A stretch of DNA of 64,000 nt from Promethearchaeota archaeon (GTDB lineage: Archaea; Asgardarchaeota; Lokiarchaeia; Sigyniarchaeales; SOKP01). Below, piece by piece: positions 48,212 through 57,970 of this stretch. Both the position numbers and the translations under genes were made by a program. The DNA lies in contig JBHLMP010000008.1 in assembly GCA_048938025.1 (NCBI GenBank), forward strand, positions 24,525 through 88,524, in the 5' to 3' direction. Within the stretch, counting starts at the first letter, position 1. Each line of letters opens with the position of its first letter. The notes under the pieces were generated by a model. That model worked only from the letters and a program-made list of their open reading frames with translations, searched no databases and was not told where the DNA came from.

Positions 48212-49345
48212 ATGGATTCAGGAGTAGACTTTATTACACCAGAATTTTTAAACATACTTTTCTTTCAACAAAAAAATGTAGTGATATTCCCGTATGTCGA
48301 TCTAAAACATTTACATTCATTAGAGCTTTTCACAGTTGGGCACAATGTAATTGATTTAGAATCCACCGCCTTGCATAATTTAAAGGAAATTCTTGAATAT
48401 GAAAAAGATAATTCCTACTCACAAAACCCGACCTTATTTTTTATCTATAATGTTTCGAAAGATGAGATTTCAGAGCTTTTGGAACTAAAGGGAATACGGT
48501 GTATCATAAATACTAGCAATAATGTTCAAGATCTTGCTAATGGAAGTGATTTTCTATTCTATAACAGGAAAAATAACCAATTTCTGAATTATGATGATAA
48601 TCCTGATTTAGAATTTGAGAACCTTTTAATTACGACCTCTGAAAATGAGATTATCTTACAGGATAAAATTGTGAAAATCAAAACTGCTGCCACACGAATT
48701 TTTACTGAATTAAACCAAGATGATAAATTAACTAATCTTCCAGAGATCCTTGCTGATTATGATAAACGATACTGGAACAAAATCCTAATGTTTACTCATA
48801 AATATTATGATATAAAAATTCCTGATATAAAATCTCTAAAATTTGAGCAACGATCAAGACCAAGGACTAAAGGAGTACTAAAGGATTATTCCTATGAATA
48901 TGAAATCATTATTTCCCAAAATAAAAATATAGCAAAAGAGTTCATCCAACTTCTTCATGAGTTCCGAAGCAAAAAGGTTAATCCATCTAATTTAGAGTTA
49001 GAAGAACTTTTTAATCCTCAGAAGTTATACAATTATTTGCGAAATCACCATTGGAAAGAGCGTATTGATAAGGAGTTCTTAGAAGAGTGGGTAACAATGG
49101 ACATTTCTAAGTATACCTTAGCTGAGAATGATTTAAATGATTTTCAAGTCATATTTCAGAAATTAGATTTACCAAGTGAGATTATTATAAATCTATTTGG
49201 AGTTGAAAAAAATAATAACGTGAAAGAAGTTGAGCCTAAAATCCAAATTCTTCCTGAAATTCCTTCGATTAAAGATTTTTATAGCTTTAAGAAATGGATT
49301 TTGAGAAAAGTAGAAGATATTGAGAAATTATTATTTTTTAGTTAG
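48212..49345 (+). CDS. Hypothetical protein
   Basis: 377-aa ORF with GGTGA SD-like sequence. Confidence 0.7.
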   Translation: MDSGVDFITPEFLNILFFQQKNVVIFPYVDLKHLHSLELFTVGHNVIDLESTALHNLKEILEYEKDNSYSQNPTLFFIYNVSKDEISELLELKGIRCIINTSNNVQDLANGSDFLFYNRKNNQFLNYDDNPDLEFENLLITTSENEIILQDKIVKIKTAATRIFTELNQDDKLTNLPEILADYDKRYWNKILMFTHKYYDIKIPDIKSLKFEQRSRPRTKGVLKDYSYEYEIIISQNKNIAKEFIQLLHEFRSKKVNPSNLELEELFNPQKLYNYLRNHHWKERIDKEFLEEWVTMDISKYTLAENDLNDFQVIFQKLDLPSEIIINLFGVEKNNNVKEVEPKIQILPEIPSIKDFYSFKKWILRKVEDIEKLLFFS

Positions 49346-49490
49346 TTTTGATGCTATATATCATATTTTTGTCTAAATAAGATATAGATTCTTAACTATC
49401 TATAATTTTATCTCTGAATTAATAGAGCATACTGCCTTGTGAAAACCTTATCTATTCAGTTTGTTGCCTTACTCGAAATTTAAATGTTTT

Positions 49491-50348
49491 TCAGGCGACA
49501 AAGTCATCTATTTTAATTTCTATTTGCTCTTTAAAGTGTTTCTGATCATCCAGCATATACCCATGCTTTTGTATCTTTATTCCCTTCTTCCATTTTAACG
49601 CATTATAAGGTATATAATAACCATAATTATCCTTGACTTGCGATATAATATCCCTTGTAGGAATTCTAAGAGATTTTAGTATTTCTTTTTTCTTTCTCTC
49701 GCTTAATTTTTTGTTACAAATATCAGTAATATATTGATTTATTTCTTTAATGCACGACCATTCTACGTTAACATCCCTAAACCGAGCTAATTTATACTTT
49801 TTGCCGGTAAACACCAATTCTAAGGAAGGTATAGATCCACAGATGGCACTTCGTTGTTTTTTATAACGCACATAACGGATCATCCCATTGCCATCCACTT
49901 TATATTGAAAGTATTTAGTGAAATGTAAGGGATACACAGGAGTTAGTAAACCTTCTTTGGCCATGTTCATGTAATATACACGCCCTTTATACATTTTTAG
50001 CAATTGCTCCTCTTCTATTGATACAATTACCCCATTTTGATTTTTAGGTAGTTTATGATAGGTAATACCGTTTAGAATCCATAGAATATATATTCCCTTT
50101 CGACTATAATCTAAGCTACGTTCTTTAAGCTCTTCGGGACTTATTTTAGAATTCTGAAATTCAATTACAAATTTCTTGCCATCAGTCAACTCTCCATAAA
50201 GGTCAGCTTTGCGATTGCCAATCATCCGTTCCACTTCGATTTTTGTTATATTATTGTCGTTAGGAAGATTATCCTGAAAATATAACTTCATTCTCATATG
50301 TTCAATTGATTCGGATTTCTTTTCTTCGGATTGTTTCGATAATTCCAA
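49491..50348 (-). CDS. CoiA-like PD-(D/E)xK nuclease
   Basis: ES.EH..MK, E......RKADL, VIEFQNSKIS..EL.ERS..Y...GI..LWIL. Confidence 0.78.
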   Translation of the reverse strand: MELSKQSEEKKSESIEHMRMKLYFQDNLPNDNNITKIEVERMIGNRKADLYGELTDGKKFVIEFQNSKISPEELKERSLDYSRKGIYILWILNGITYHKLPKNQNGVIVSIEEEQLLKMYKGRVYYMNMAKEGLLTPVYPLHFTKYFQYKVDGNGMIRYVRYKKQRSAICGSIPSLELVFTGKKYKLARFRDVNVEWSCIKEINQYITDICNKKLSERKKKEILKSLRIPTRDIISQVKDNYGYYIPYNALKWKKGIKIQKHGYMLDDQKHFKEQIEIKIDDFVA

Positions 50349-50547
50349 TTTCCTATTTTATTTAATTTTTATCTTCTTACAATTAATTATTAGAGAGTAT
50401 ATTTAAACTTCAAAAAGATTCTGAAGTTATCATTTATCTTAATTCAAATTTTTTTTAATAATTAAATGCAAAGAAAAATAATAGAAAAACAATTAATTCC
50501 TAATTAATTCATTATTTATAAGTAATTATAGAAAATCACTATTCAAA

Positions 50548-50862
50548 ATGAATTTTTATCTATTCTTGGTTACCGTGCCCAATTTTGAAGAAGGACAAAG
50601 AATTGCAAGAATTTTAGTTGAGAGTAAACTTGCAGCTTGTGTCAATATAATAAAAGATATTTTTTCTCTGTATGAATGGAAGGGAAATATTGAAGAAGAC
50701 AATGAAAATCTTCTACTAATTAAAACAACTGATGAGAAAAGTGATCTGTTAATTCGAAGAATTAACGAAATTCATAGTTATGAGACACCTGAGTGTATAG
50801 GATTTAAAATCGAAAAAGGTTCTGAAAATTATCTAAATTGGATTAAAGAAGTTGTGAAATAA
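50548..50862 (+). CDS. cutA: Divalent-cation tolerance protein CutA
   Basis: LAACVNI, YEWKG, HSYETPE, YLNW. Confidence 0.95.
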   Translation: MNFYLFLVTVPNFEEGQRIARILVESKLAACVNIIKDIFSLYEWKGNIEEDNENLLLIKTTDEKSDLLIRRINEIHSYETPECIGFKIEKGSENYLNWIKEVVK

Positions 50863-50884
50863 ATTAATTCTAAAACTTTAAATT

Positions 50885-51721
50885 ATGTCACCAGACATTT
50901 TTCAATTAGATTGGATATTTATTGATACGATAATAATTATTCTGTTAATTTTATTATTACTTGGTGTTAAAATATATAAGCTAACACATCGCTGGAGATT
51001 TTCTTTTTCCAATGAAGCACTAGAATATATATTCTTCCGTAAGCCACCATTAAAAATTAATAATCAATCAATATCTACTAGTAAATGGACTTTAACAAGA
51101 AATCTTTCTTTAAGAGAAGAGATTAACAAAAAGCCATTAATTTTAATTCTAAGAACAAACTATAAGAAAAGATTACTTTATATTTTGACAGAGGGGTTAA
51201 GTAGTTATGGTTTTAATGTTATTAGCTTGAGACTTAAAATTAGGCTTGATAAAAACAATAATCTGTTTAATAAAACAATCTTAGATAATATAAGGAGTCT
51301 TATATCAACTATAATAGATTTTTTTGAAGAAAAAGACTCAGAATTTAATTTTAATTATATATTGCTAAATTATTCGAAATCATCTCTCTCTTACAAATCA
51401 ATATTAACTGATCCAAAAAATTGTGGAATGATATTAATTAATCCGAAATTAAATAATGAAAATATAAAGAATTATAATGACTTATTCGGATCCTCTCATC
51501 TAAATTCGCAATTATTTACAATATTCAGTAAAAGATCAATTTTTATTTTGAATAATAAAAATTTAAAACGATTATTAGGCCTCTATAATCATCAAAAAGA
51601 AAAGAAGCTTAACTTAATAACAATAAAAAAAGCGAATTACTCATTTAATTATTATGAAACCATCCTTCTAGGTATGATTATAAGCTTAATAGAAAATAAA
51701 TTATTGAAAGTGAAAAATTGA
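50885..51721 (+). CDS. Membrane-anchored protein, degenerate alpha/beta-hydrolase-like
   Basis: N-terminal TM; LSSYGFNVIS, GMILINP. Confidence 0.5.
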   Translation: MSPDIFQLDWIFIDTIIIILLILLLLGVKIYKLTHRWRFSFSNEALEYIFFRKPPLKINNQSISTSKWTLTRNLSLREEINKKPLILILRTNYKKRLLYILTEGLSSYGFNVISLRLKIRLDKNNNLFNKTILDNIRSLISTIIDFFEEKDSEFNFNYILLNYSKSSLSYKSILTDPKNCGMILINPKLNNENIKNYNDLFGSSHLNSQLFTIFSKRSIFILNNKNLKRLLGLYNHQKEKKLNLITIKKANYSFNYYETILLGMIISLIENKLLKVKN

Positions 51722-51724
51722 AAT

Positions 51725-52438
51725 TTGTTTATGAAAAAAGAAAAAATTTTAAGAGACCATTATAGCACCATAACATATCCAAAAACTCATTGGTCTCTCT
51801 TAAAAAAAAAAAGAGAGAATGCTATTAAATTATTAGAAATATTTAATAAAGAAGGTTTTGAACCTTATTTGCATGGAAGTGTTGCCCGTGGTGATGTTCA
51901 TAAAGCAAGCGATATTGATATAATATTTCTGGTGCAAATACCAGTATTTCAGATTGAATTTATCTTAAATAAAAATGGATTTGAAAATTATTTTAGAGAA
52001 ATTATTATGGCAACTCCATTAGATACAATAAAATTATATATTCATTTAAGCGAATTAGAATCTATTACTGTTCCTTTATCTAAAAGTGATAAAAAATTTA
52101 TAGAATTTTATGATTTTGGAGGTAAAATTAATTTGAATCAGTTAAAATCAGATATTAGAGTTGCTGGAATAGATAAAAGATTAGTATTAATTAAGCCCAA
52201 TTTACAAGGGCATGATGAAATGTCAATTATAGGAAATGAAGCGATTGTAGCAAAGGAAGTAAATATAAGTATTAATGCTGTTAATGAACGAAAAAAAATA
52301 CTTCTGAGAAGAGAGAAATACGGAAGAACAGGAGTATTCTTAAAAAAAGAAATTCAGATTAATGAATCTACTGAAGAAATATTAAAAAAATTAGCCATTA
52401 GAAAATCTATTGTAAGAAAAAAATTATTCAAAAGATGA
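51725..52438 (+). CDS. Archaeal nucleotidyltransferase (pol-beta family)
   Basis: HGSVARGDV...SDIDI, EFYDFGG, GRTGVF. Confidence 0.88.
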   Translation: MFMKKEKILRDHYSTITYPKTHWSLLKKKRENAIKLLEIFNKEGFEPYLHGSVARGDVHKASDIDIIFLVQIPVFQIEFILNKNGFENYFREIIMATPLDTIKLYIHLSELESITVPLSKSDKKFIEFYDFGGKINLNQLKSDIRVAGIDKRLVLIKPNLQGHDEMSIIGNEAIVAKEVNISINAVNERKKILLRREKYGRTGVFLKKEIQINESTEEILKKLAIRKSIVRKKLFKR

Positions 52439-53586
52439 AAGAATCCAAAATAGTAGAAACTAAGAGTAAATCATTTTATATTAAAGGAAGAGGCATTCCC
52501 TTAGGATGTAAATTCTGTCTAAAAGGAGCTAAAGCAGTTTTATTCTTAAATGGAATTTGCCAAGGACCTAATCATTGTTCTTGGTATTGCCCTATTTCAG
52601 AAGAACGTAAAGGAAAAGATATAACTTACGCAGATGAGATACAAATGAATTCAAAAGGGGAGTTAATTGAAGAAATTAATAAAATAAATGCAAAAGGAAT
52701 GAGTATAACTGGTGGAGAGCCACTTTTAGAATTGAATTTAGAGAAAACTCTTCAATACATTAGATATGTTAAAATAAAAAAAGGAAAAAGGTTTCATATA
52801 CATCTTTATACAAATGGTATAAATTTTGATGAATCTATTGCTGATGAACTTGCTAAGGCAGGATTGGATGAGATTAGATTCCATCCACCTAAAGAAAAGT
52901 GGGATAATATTAGAAATGCTTTAAATAAGGGAATGTGTGTAGGAGCTGAAGTACCAGTTATTCCAGATGAAGAATATATAAAATATCTTGAAGAATTTAT
53001 AATTTTTTTAGATAAAATTGGAGCAGACTTCATAAATTTAAATGAATTTGAATTTTGTTTTCCTAATAGTGAATCATTAAAAAAACGGGGCTTTAAATTG
53101 AAGGAAGGTTCAATGGCATCTGTAGTTAACAGCCAAGAAACCGCTTTTAAACTCATTAAAAAATTATATCCATCTGTTTCTTTAAAAATGCATTTCTGCT
53201 CTATAATGGCTAAAGATTATTATCAATTGAAAAATAGATATCTTAGAAGGGCAAAAAGTATTAAATTACCCTTTGAAGTTATAACCGAAGAAGGTCTTTT
53301 AGTATTTGCTCAATTAGAGGGGAAAAAAAAGAATTTAGAAGAATTTCATAAGATTTTATTATCAGAATTAGCCATCAACCAAAATCTTATAGCTTTTAAT
53401 GGAGAAAATATAAAAATTCCCTTTTATATTTCAATAAATAATGATATCATATCTCTATTAGAAGAGTACCACTTACAAGGTTATATAGTAGAAATGACTC
53501 CATTTAGAATTTCAAGATATCAACAGATAACAGAAAAAAATCCTATTAAAGAATTTAAAAAGGAATATGGTTTTAATGAAAATTAA
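52435..53586 (+). CDS. Archaeal radical SAM protein
   Basis: GCKFCLKGAK, C......C.WYCP, ITGGEP, LYTNG, GLDEIRFH. Confidence 0.88.
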   Translation: MKESKIVETKSKSFYIKGRGIPLGCKFCLKGAKAVLFLNGICQGPNHCSWYCPISEERKGKDITYADEIQMNSKGELIEEINKINAKGMSITGGEPLLELNLEKTLQYIRYVKIKKGKRFHIHLYTNGINFDESIADELAKAGLDEIRFHPPKEKWDNIRNALNKGMCVGAEVPVIPDEEYIKYLEEFIIFLDKIGADFINLNEFEFCFPNSESLKKRGFKLKEGSMASVVNSQETAFKLIKKLYPSVSLKMHFCSIMAKDYYQLKNRYLRRAKSIKLPFEVITEEGLLVFAQLEGKKKNLEEFHKILLSELAINQNLIAFNGENIKIPFYISINNDIISLLEEYHLQGYIVEMTPFRISRYQQITEKNPIKEFKKEYGFNEN

Positions 53587-54025
53587 AGATGTAAATTTAA
53601 GAGATTTAAGAAGTATTTCTAATCTTGAACATCAAATATTTAAAGAAAATGCTTTTTCAAAAAAGTTAGTTGAAAAATTAATTCAGCAAAATACACTCTT
53701 TTTAAAGTTAGAAGATGGTAAAATTATAAAAAAGTTAATAGGATTTATAGTTGTCATAAAAGATAGAGAAGATCAAGCCAATATAATTAATTTTCTTATT
53801 CATCCACAATTTCAAAACAAAGGATATGGCACATTACTTCTACAAGAAACGATAAAAAGAATTAAAAGACTAAAGGACATTAAAAAAATTGTTCTAAATG
53901 TCCAAGTAAATAATTATATCGCAATAAAACTATACGAAAAATTCAATTTTCAAAAAAATACTAAAATTATAGAAAACTATTATCAATCGGGAGAAAATGC
54001 TTACTTAATGGAATTAAGCAATTAA
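53567..54025 (+). CDS. rimI: RimI/Ard1-like N-acetyltransferase
   Basis: QNKGYG, V..NN..AIKLYEKFNF, YY..GENAYLM. Confidence 0.85.
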   Translation: MVLMKIKDVNLRDLRSISNLEHQIFKENAFSKKLVEKLIQQNTLFLKLEDGKIIKKLIGFIVVIKDREDQANIINFLIHPQFQNKGYGTLLLQETIKRIKRLKDIKKIVLNVQVNNYIAIKLYEKFNFQKNTKIIENYYQSGENAYLMELSN

Positions 54026-54120
54026 TTACTATAAACTAAAACTTATAAATAAATTCTATTATAATATTCGTATAAAAAAATTATATTCTCTAATTAAAGA
54101 TTTAAGGGTGTTATATAAAA

Positions 54121-54273
54121 ATGCCACAACTTGATGATGAACTTAAAGAGGCAATAAAGAAAGGTATATCTCTTGAAAAGCCAGATCCTGAAGAATTAAA
54201 GAAAAGAGAAGAAGAGAAAAAGAAGCGTATGGAAGAATTGGAAAAGGTTAAAGAAGCTTTAGGAGAGAAATAA
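54121..54273 (+). CDS. 50-aa WH2/thymosin-like peptide (below ORF-track cutoff)
   Basis: MPQLDDELKEAIKKGISLEKPDPEELKKREEEKKKRMEELEKVKEALGEK*, followed by T-rich terminator-like runs. Confidence 0.65.
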   Translation: MPQLDDELKEAIKKGISLEKPDPEELKKREEEKKKRMEELEKVKEALGEK

Positions 54274-54415
54274 AGATTTTTTTTGATATTTTCTATATTT
54301 TTTTATTTATTTTTTAGATTGAACTTATATCAGATTTATTTTATAGTGATTTAATTTTTTTATTATCCATTATTCTATAATTTAAAGATTTTTTCTAAGG
54401 AGTATGAAATTTTAA

Positions 54416-55489
54416 TTGAAAATCCTTGAGTACAATCAAAAGCAACAAGAAATTACGGTGAAAATTGAAAGTTTATATGATCTTTGGATTTTATTTAATC
54501 TTATCTCTAAAAATGATAAAATAGCTACTCGAACTCAGCGAAGAATAGTTCTGAAAGAAGGATCTAAAGGCGAGAGAAAACATATGTATTTAAAATTAAA
54601 TGTTGAGGACGTATCCTTCCATGAATTTACAAATAGGCTAAGAATAAAAGGAACAATTTTAGAGGGTCCTGAGGATTTTGTGAGCTATGGGACATATCAT
54701 ACATTTAATATTGAAATTGGGCAGAAATTGACGATAAGTAAAGAAAAATGGTTAAAAACTGAATTATCACGTTTACAAGAAACATCTAAATTTGAATCTA
54801 ACTTTGTCATGTTTTTCATAGCAATCGAGCGAGGGCTTGCGACCTTGGCAATCATTTCGAATTTTAGTCATAAAAGAATTGCTACAATAAAAAAGAATAT
54901 TCCAGGTAAAAGATATGAACAATCTTACAGAAATAAAGCAATCTTAGAATTTTTTGAAGATATCAAAAAAGTTTTGGTACAAAATTTGAAAAATATTCAA
55001 ATAAATTTAATTATTGTTTGCGGTCCTGGTAACACACGAGATCTTTTTATAAAATATATAAGAGATAAAATTAATTCTCAAAATATTTCTGAAATTAGAA
55101 GTGTCTATGCGAGCTCTGGTACTGAAAGTGCAATATTAGAAGCATTAAAATCAAAAGAATTGGGAAAGTTAAAATCAAATGCCAAAATCTTGTTAGAAAC
55201 AGAAAAAATTGAGGAAATCCTCAGAATATTTAGTACAGATGCAGATCTTATTGTTATAGGTATAAATGAAGTTTCACCAGCCGCAGAAAAAGGAGCTATC
55301 AAAGAATTATTTTTGGCTGATACTATGATAAGGGGAGCTAGCAAGAAACATAAACTCGGTATAGAGAAGATCATAATGGATGTAGAAAATTCTGGTGGCA
55401 TGATAAATATTTTAAGTAGTGAGCATCCCACTGGGCGACAAATAGTCGATTTAGGTTCAATAATAGGCATTTTAAGATACAAACTTTAA
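54416..55489 (+). CDS. pelA: Pelota/Dom34 ribosome rescue factor
   Basis: DLW.L, RLRIKG, YHT, IPGKR, CGPG, SSEH..G, ILRY. Confidence 0.93.
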   Translation: MKILEYNQKQQEITVKIESLYDLWILFNLISKNDKIATRTQRRIVLKEGSKGERKHMYLKLNVEDVSFHEFTNRLRIKGTILEGPEDFVSYGTYHTFNIEIGQKLTISKEKWLKTELSRLQETSKFESNFVMFFIAIERGLATLAIISNFSHKRIATIKKNIPGKRYEQSYRNKAILEFFEDIKKVLVQNLKNIQINLIIVCGPGNTRDLFIKYIRDKINSQNISEIRSVYASSGTESAILEALKSKELGKLKSNAKILLETEKIEEILRIFSTDADLIVIGINEVSPAAEKGAIKELFLADTMIRGASKKHKLGIEKIIMDVENSGGMINILSSEHPTGRQIVDLGSIIGILRYKL

Positions 55490-55496
55490 AAAAAAT

Positions 55497-56531
55497 ATGT
55501 CCTCTGAAGTTATTTATATTAATGAAAAATCGGATATTCCATTATTTGGAGTCGATTTTATAGGAGTAATCGATAGAGGTACAAATATTGTTGAATTAAA
55601 ACCATTGACATTATGCAATTTAAAATGTCGATATTGTTTTGTAAGTGCAGGAGATTATAAAACCAATTTTATTGTATCATCAGATTACTTAATTGCAACC
55701 TTAGAAAATGCTATCCAAATAAAAGGTAATTACGATATTGAAATCCATATTGCTCCCTATGGAGAAAGTTTACTATATTCTGAATTATTTATTCTATTAG
55801 AGAAATTATGGGAAATTGATGGAATAGAACGGATTTCTATGCAGAGTAATGGTTTAATGCTAAACAAAAAGACTATAAAGAAACTAGAAAATGCAAATCT
55901 TACTCAAATTAATATCAGCTTAAATACTTTAAGTCCAAGCAAGGCAAGTTATTTATGTGCATGTAAAGAATATGATATGGATAGATTACTAGCCAATATT
56001 GATCTTTTACTTGATTCCAATATTAATGTATTACTTGCACCAGTTTGGTTTCCAGGAGAGAATGATGAGGATATTGAGGAAATTATAAATCTCGTGGTAA
56101 ATAAAAGAAGAGAAGGATATTCAGAAAAAAAAATTCAATTAGGGATTCAAAAATATTTGATATACCGAACTGGTCGGAAATTAAAGAAAATACATCCTAA
56201 ATCTTGGGATTATTTTTATACTCAACTTACCAAATTGGAAAAAAAATACGATATTAAATTAAAACTTGGTCCAAATGATTTTGGTATTCATAAAAGAGAG
56301 AAAACAATGCCCTTAAATATAAAAAAAAATGATATTGTAGACTTAAAGATTGTATCTAATGGACGATGGGAGCATGAATGTATAGGGAAAATTGATACAA
56401 ATATAGGAATAAAAGTGTTATTAAAAAAACCAATGATATATTCACCAGAACTATTAGGTAAAAAAATTAAAGCAAGGATTATTAAAGCCAATTTTAAAGA
56501 TAATATTTTAACTGCTATTTTTCCATACTAA
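55497..56531 (+). CDS. Radical SAM protein with C-terminal TRAM-like domain
   Basis: IPLFG...IDRGTN, CNLKCRYC, SMQSNG. Confidence 0.85.
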   Translation: MSSEVIYINEKSDIPLFGVDFIGVIDRGTNIVELKPLTLCNLKCRYCFVSAGDYKTNFIVSSDYLIATLENAIQIKGNYDIEIHIAPYGESLLYSELFILLEKLWEIDGIERISMQSNGLMLNKKTIKKLENANLTQINISLNTLSPSKASYLCACKEYDMDRLLANIDLLLDSNINVLLAPVWFPGENDEDIEEIINLVVNKRREGYSEKKIQLGIQKYLIYRTGRKLKKIHPKSWDYFYTQLTKLEKKYDIKLKLGPNDFGIHKREKTMPLNIKKNDIVDLKIVSNGRWEHECIGKIDTNIGIKVLLKKPMIYSPELLGKKIKARIIKANFKDNILTAIFPY

Positions 56532-56622
56532 ATTAGAACATAAAAATAAATAAAGATGTTATTATGATTAACATATAGTTAACATTTAATTAAAAAATAA
56601 AAAACATATAAAAGATATTAAA

Positions 56623-57243
56623 ATGCCGATTATAACTCATGAAGATGAACTTGAGTTAGCTAAAATGGAAAAAGAATTAGTTGGGCAAATAAAGAAATTA
56701 ATTAATGCCCAAAATGTCTTAATTAGCTCTCAAACAAAATATGCTGAAAACATTACAAAAGCCAATATAACTCGAGAAATGCTTAATCGAACTTTTAGAG
56801 ATGTTTTAAAGCAAATGCAAACTTTGGCCAGAGAGCACAGATCTAATATTAAAGATGAGGAAGTAAATCTATATAAAGAAATTATTACTCAAAATGATAA
56901 ATACATTGAGGGTAATAAAAGATATTTAAACGCAATAAAAGATTTAGCTGTACAAAAAGACTATTTAGTTGAAAAGAAAAAGGAATTTGCGGATGCTTTA
57001 TCTGATGTAGCCAATAAAAGATCAATTGTGATAAAAAAAGCACTAAACGTCGAAAAAGTTAAAAATAAATTAGTTGATGGTGATAAATTAAATATCCTCG
57101 ATCAAGAATTAAATGACGTTCAACGTGATTTTGATAGGGCTCGTGACATACTAATTAAAAAGATCCTTCAATTTAAAGAGGTTAAAAAAGAGATTAATAC
57201 ATTATGGATTAAGTTAAAAGATACTGTTACTGAATTAAGTTAG
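56623..57243 (+). CDS. All-helical coiled-coil protein, BAR-like
   Basis: About 200 aa of long amphipathic, Lys-rich helices. Confidence 0.55.
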   Translation: MPIITHEDELELAKMEKELVGQIKKLINAQNVLISSQTKYAENITKANITREMLNRTFRDVLKQMQTLAREHRSNIKDEEVNLYKEIITQNDKYIEGNKRYLNAIKDLAVQKDYLVEKKKEFADALSDVANKRSIVIKKALNVEKVKNKLVDGDKLNILDQELNDVQRDFDRARDILIKKILQFKEVKKEINTLWIKLKDTVTELS

Positions 57244-57342
57244 ATATATTTTTCGTTTAAACTTAAATTTATTAAACAAAAATCTATATAATTATTAAAT
57301 AAAGGAATTTAGAGTTTTAATAAATAAAATAGGAAGTTTTAT

Positions 57343-57789
57343 ATGGCAGAAGAATTCGCAAATTTTCTCTCAGAAACCCGAAAAGCACCATTAGAAGAAA
57401 AGCTTAATGCTTTTGGTGATATAGTTGAAAAAATTATGCAAATAGTTCTTAAAATTCCAGATTTAGTTGATCAAAGTATCCAAAATATCAATTCAAAAGT
57501 TTCAAGTTTACAAACGCAAGTAAATGCTATTAATAGCAGTCTTGGTAGTGGTAAAGCTCCAGGAGCAGCAATATCTCCTGCTATTACACCAACAGCGGCT
57601 TCTTCCAGTCCAGGAACCCCATCTGGAGGTCCACCCGGAGGTCCCCCACCTCCCCCTGGAGGTCCACCTGGAGGTCCACCTGGAGGTCCACCTGGAGGAG
57701 GACGTCCTACCAGTCCCGTATCGTTAAGAGGAGCAATTATGGGAGAATTGAAAGAGCTATTTGCAAGACGGAAAAGTCGAAGTGAGTAA
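57343..57789 (+). CDS. Coiled coil - polyproline - basic helix protein (VASP/WASP-like layout)
   Basis: N-terminal coiled coil, GGPPPPPGGPP repeats, C-terminal LRGAIMGELKELFARRK. Confidence 0.75.
   Translation: MAEEFANFLSETRKAPLEEKLNAFGDIVEKIMQIVLKIPDLVDQSIQNINSKVSSLQTQVNAINSSLGSGKAPGAAISPAITPTAASSSPGTPSGGPPGGPPPPPGGPPGGPPGGPPGGGRPTSPVSLRGAIMGELKELFARRKSRSE
57625..57699 (+). repeat. 12-bp coding tandem repeat (CCTGGAGGTCCA) encoding PGGP
   Basis: Three exact copies at 57655-57690 plus degenerate flanking copies. Confidence 0.9.
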
Positions 57790-57970
57790 AATCTTAGTTA
57801 GAAACACTAATATCTGTTTATTTTCAACTAGAAAATAAAAAATGTTCCTTACTTTTTCTTATAAGTTTACTATATTCTTAAAAATTTAAAATTTAAGATT
57901 ATACCATGAATTTCAAATAAAAATAAAAATTTTAAAAATTATACATAAGTATTAATGTGAATTTAAATGG

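Noticed and set aside
11000-50500. Island as a provirus, ICE or casposon
   Set aside because: No integrase, relaxase, transposase, capsid, primase/polymerase, flanking tRNA or terminal repeats recognised; cannot be fully excluded without searches
57524-57727. Alternative-frame ORF with HLEV repeats, and the GC-rich patch as a possible RNA gene or CRISPR
   Set aside because: Explained by the Gly/Pro codons of the 57343 gene; no spacers
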